Positions 61,796 through 64,000 of a stretch of DNA of 64,000 nucleotides are shown here, one piece after another. Under the pieces are notes generated by a model, which worked only from the letters and a program-made list of their open reading frames with translations, was not told the origin of the DNA and made no database searches. The DNA is from Eledone cirrhosa. Lineage: Eukaryota. The DNA is taken from NCBI GenBank assembly GCA_964016885.1, contig OZ024751.1, positions 38,192,001 to 38,256,000 of the forward strand, in the 5' to 3' direction. A program made the translations under genes and the position numbers. Numbering within the stretch: position 1 is the first letter of the stretch; each line of letters opens with the position of its first letter.

Positions 61796-62181
61796 ATGTA
61801 TTCATATATATACATATGTATGTATACATATATATACATAAGTATAAATAAATATATAGATACATATACATATGTATCCATACACATACATACACATATA
61901 CGTATAAATGCATGTATGTATGCATACCATTAAAATAAACACTGTTTAAATAACATTTTACATTCTTGCACGGTTTAGATGAGCTGTTGTGTTATTCGGC
62001 TTGACAGCTTCAGTGACCACATGGTGCTCATACATTCTGTACTAGGCTTGCTTTGCTACAACATAATGCCCTTCTTAACTAGGTTCCTTTTGACATGGTA
62101 CGTTTAGGACCAACTTCAACAAAGAGATCAGAATTTGACTATATGTACGGATATATACAAACATAGAAACACACACGCAAA

Positions 62182-62380
62182 AATAATTGTTTCTACTTTA
62201 GGCACAAGGCCAGCAAAATTACCCAGTGCATTACTGGTACTTTATTTTATCGACCCCGTAAAGATGAAAGGCAAAGTCAACCTCGGCGGGATTTGAACTC
62301 AGATCGTAAAGGGACGTAACTATGCTGGAAAGCTTGGCGTCCGACCCTCTACCGATACTGCCAATCCACTGCCAATCCAC
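62182..62380 (-). mobile_element. tRNA-derived SINE (main family) with TSD and duplicated 5' 11-mer
   Basis: TSD ACGCAAAAATAAT at 62175-62187 and 62383-62395; (CTGCCAATCCA)x2 at the 5' end. Confidence 0.88.
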
Positions 62381-62671
62381 AGACGCAAAAATAATATATA
62401 AACAAATGAATTGGTGACAATTTTCATTGCATATTTGCAAAAAAAATAAATATCGATCGTCAATGATCAATATGTACATTGAAAACCAACGACATTTATG
62501 CTAGGAGCCACAATATAAAATATCATTCGGTTATTTAGACTCAATACTACGTTGACCATTTCACCATTCAATTTCTTTTCCAGCACTGTAGAGAGATCAA
62601 TGAAAAATAATTAAATTTCATTTTTTTCATGAAACTAATATACACAATATTGTTAAAATACCATTTTAGTG

Positions 62672-62710
<39 letters not shown>

Positions 62711-62752
62711 CGTAGACATACAGACATACAAACATTAGGGAATATGCACTAA

Positions 62753-62814
<62 letters not shown>

Positions 62815-64000
62815 TTAAAACTAATATATTTCTTCATTGTATTGTGTTGTTTGCTTTGTCATTTATGTTTTCGTTTTGCATGTGTGTCTCTCTCTCTCTC
62901 TCTCTCTCACTCTCTCCATATGTGTGTGTGTGTGTATATATGTGTGTATGTGTGTGATACATACATGTTTCTTTTATTCTTGTTGTGTTTGCTCGAGTCA
63001 ACTTTACTGGAAATGGATGTAGCTTAACTTGGTTTATGATATACGGCGAGATCGAACAGAATCCTAATATTATAGGCAGAAATATTTAATAACAATATTA
63101 CTTAGCTTTCTGCCAGTAACTAATAACATTTACTGATGGAATTAGACAAGCATATGTCACAGAGCTAAGTCAGATAAAGTGGGAAGTTAATTTTATTTAA
63201 TAGTGGCCAATGTAGAGGAGACAAATGGACGAGAGGAAGACATGTATCAGAGGGAGAGAGAGAGGGGGTGTAGAGAGAAAGAATAAGACTGTGGGAGAGA
63301 AAGAGAGACATGAAGAGAGAAATAGAAATAGAAAGAGGGAAGGAATGAATGAATTAGTACGGAGAATATGACGTACGGATGAAGGACAATGAGGGTAGAA
63401 TAAAATCATGAGAGAGGGAGAGAAGAGAGAGAGTCACAAAGAGAGAGAGAGAGAGACTGAGAGAGAGACTGAATGGTGATTGTTGTAGGCTGGTTAATAA
63501 CGACTGAGAAAATCTCTCGGGGAAATGTATGTACAGAGAGGGACAAATATTCGTAGCTAACTAGAAAGAAACGAGGAAAGTGAAGAGACATAGATTGAGA
63601 GCAAAATGCGAGCGATAGAGATAGCATTGGGCGTATAGTATGTGAATGAACAGTGATGGAGATATATTAAAAGACATACAGACATTGGTATTGAGCGCTG
63701 TCTGTGAGAAAGAAAGCAATATACCCTGAGAGTATGCAATAAAACTTACGAGTTAAACTACAAATAAATGACATTAACCATGATATATATGTTTCACAAT
63801 ATATAATAGCGTGTTATTGTTAACGTATGTTACTCTATCGATGGGGAAGTTGGAGAATGGAAGTACATTTCCAAAATAATCAGGAATGCAAGAGATCTTG
63901 TTGCAGTTCCTATGTTATATAATTTCCCCTCTTTCAGTTAATTAATTTTGATTTTGCGTCATGTTTTGCCTCAAAGTAAGATATTGCATATATAATTAAT

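Overview
AT-rich eukaryotic repeat landscape with no supportable host exon. The microsatellite load and SINE types suggest an octopod/cephalopod genome (inference). Almost all long ORFs in the track are (TA)n/(TG)n artefacts. Real coding content: (1) a young, 5'-truncated CR1-group LINE (6983-11120, minus) with an ORF1 carrying polyQ and two CCCH zinc fingers and an intact APE-RT ORF2; (2) a Penelope-like element (PLE, RT + GIY-YIG) with inverted pseudo-LTRs (43498-45887); (3) a GIY-YIG fragment of a second PLE type (48118-50116); (4) RTE-clade 3' fragments, one with a twin-priming-type inversion. Non-coding content: about ten tRNA-derived SINEs and many short fold-back PLE termini inserted in (TA)n, together carrying roughly 15-20 type I hammerhead ribozyme (HHR) motifs with compensatory stem changes. 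Strongest leads: the LINE ORF2 has no usable AUG and sits in the -1 frame behind two in-phase slippery heptamers (candidate programmed -1 frameshift), and the PLE fold-back junctions repeatedly map to the ribozyme core. All structures were read by eye; none were computed or searched.
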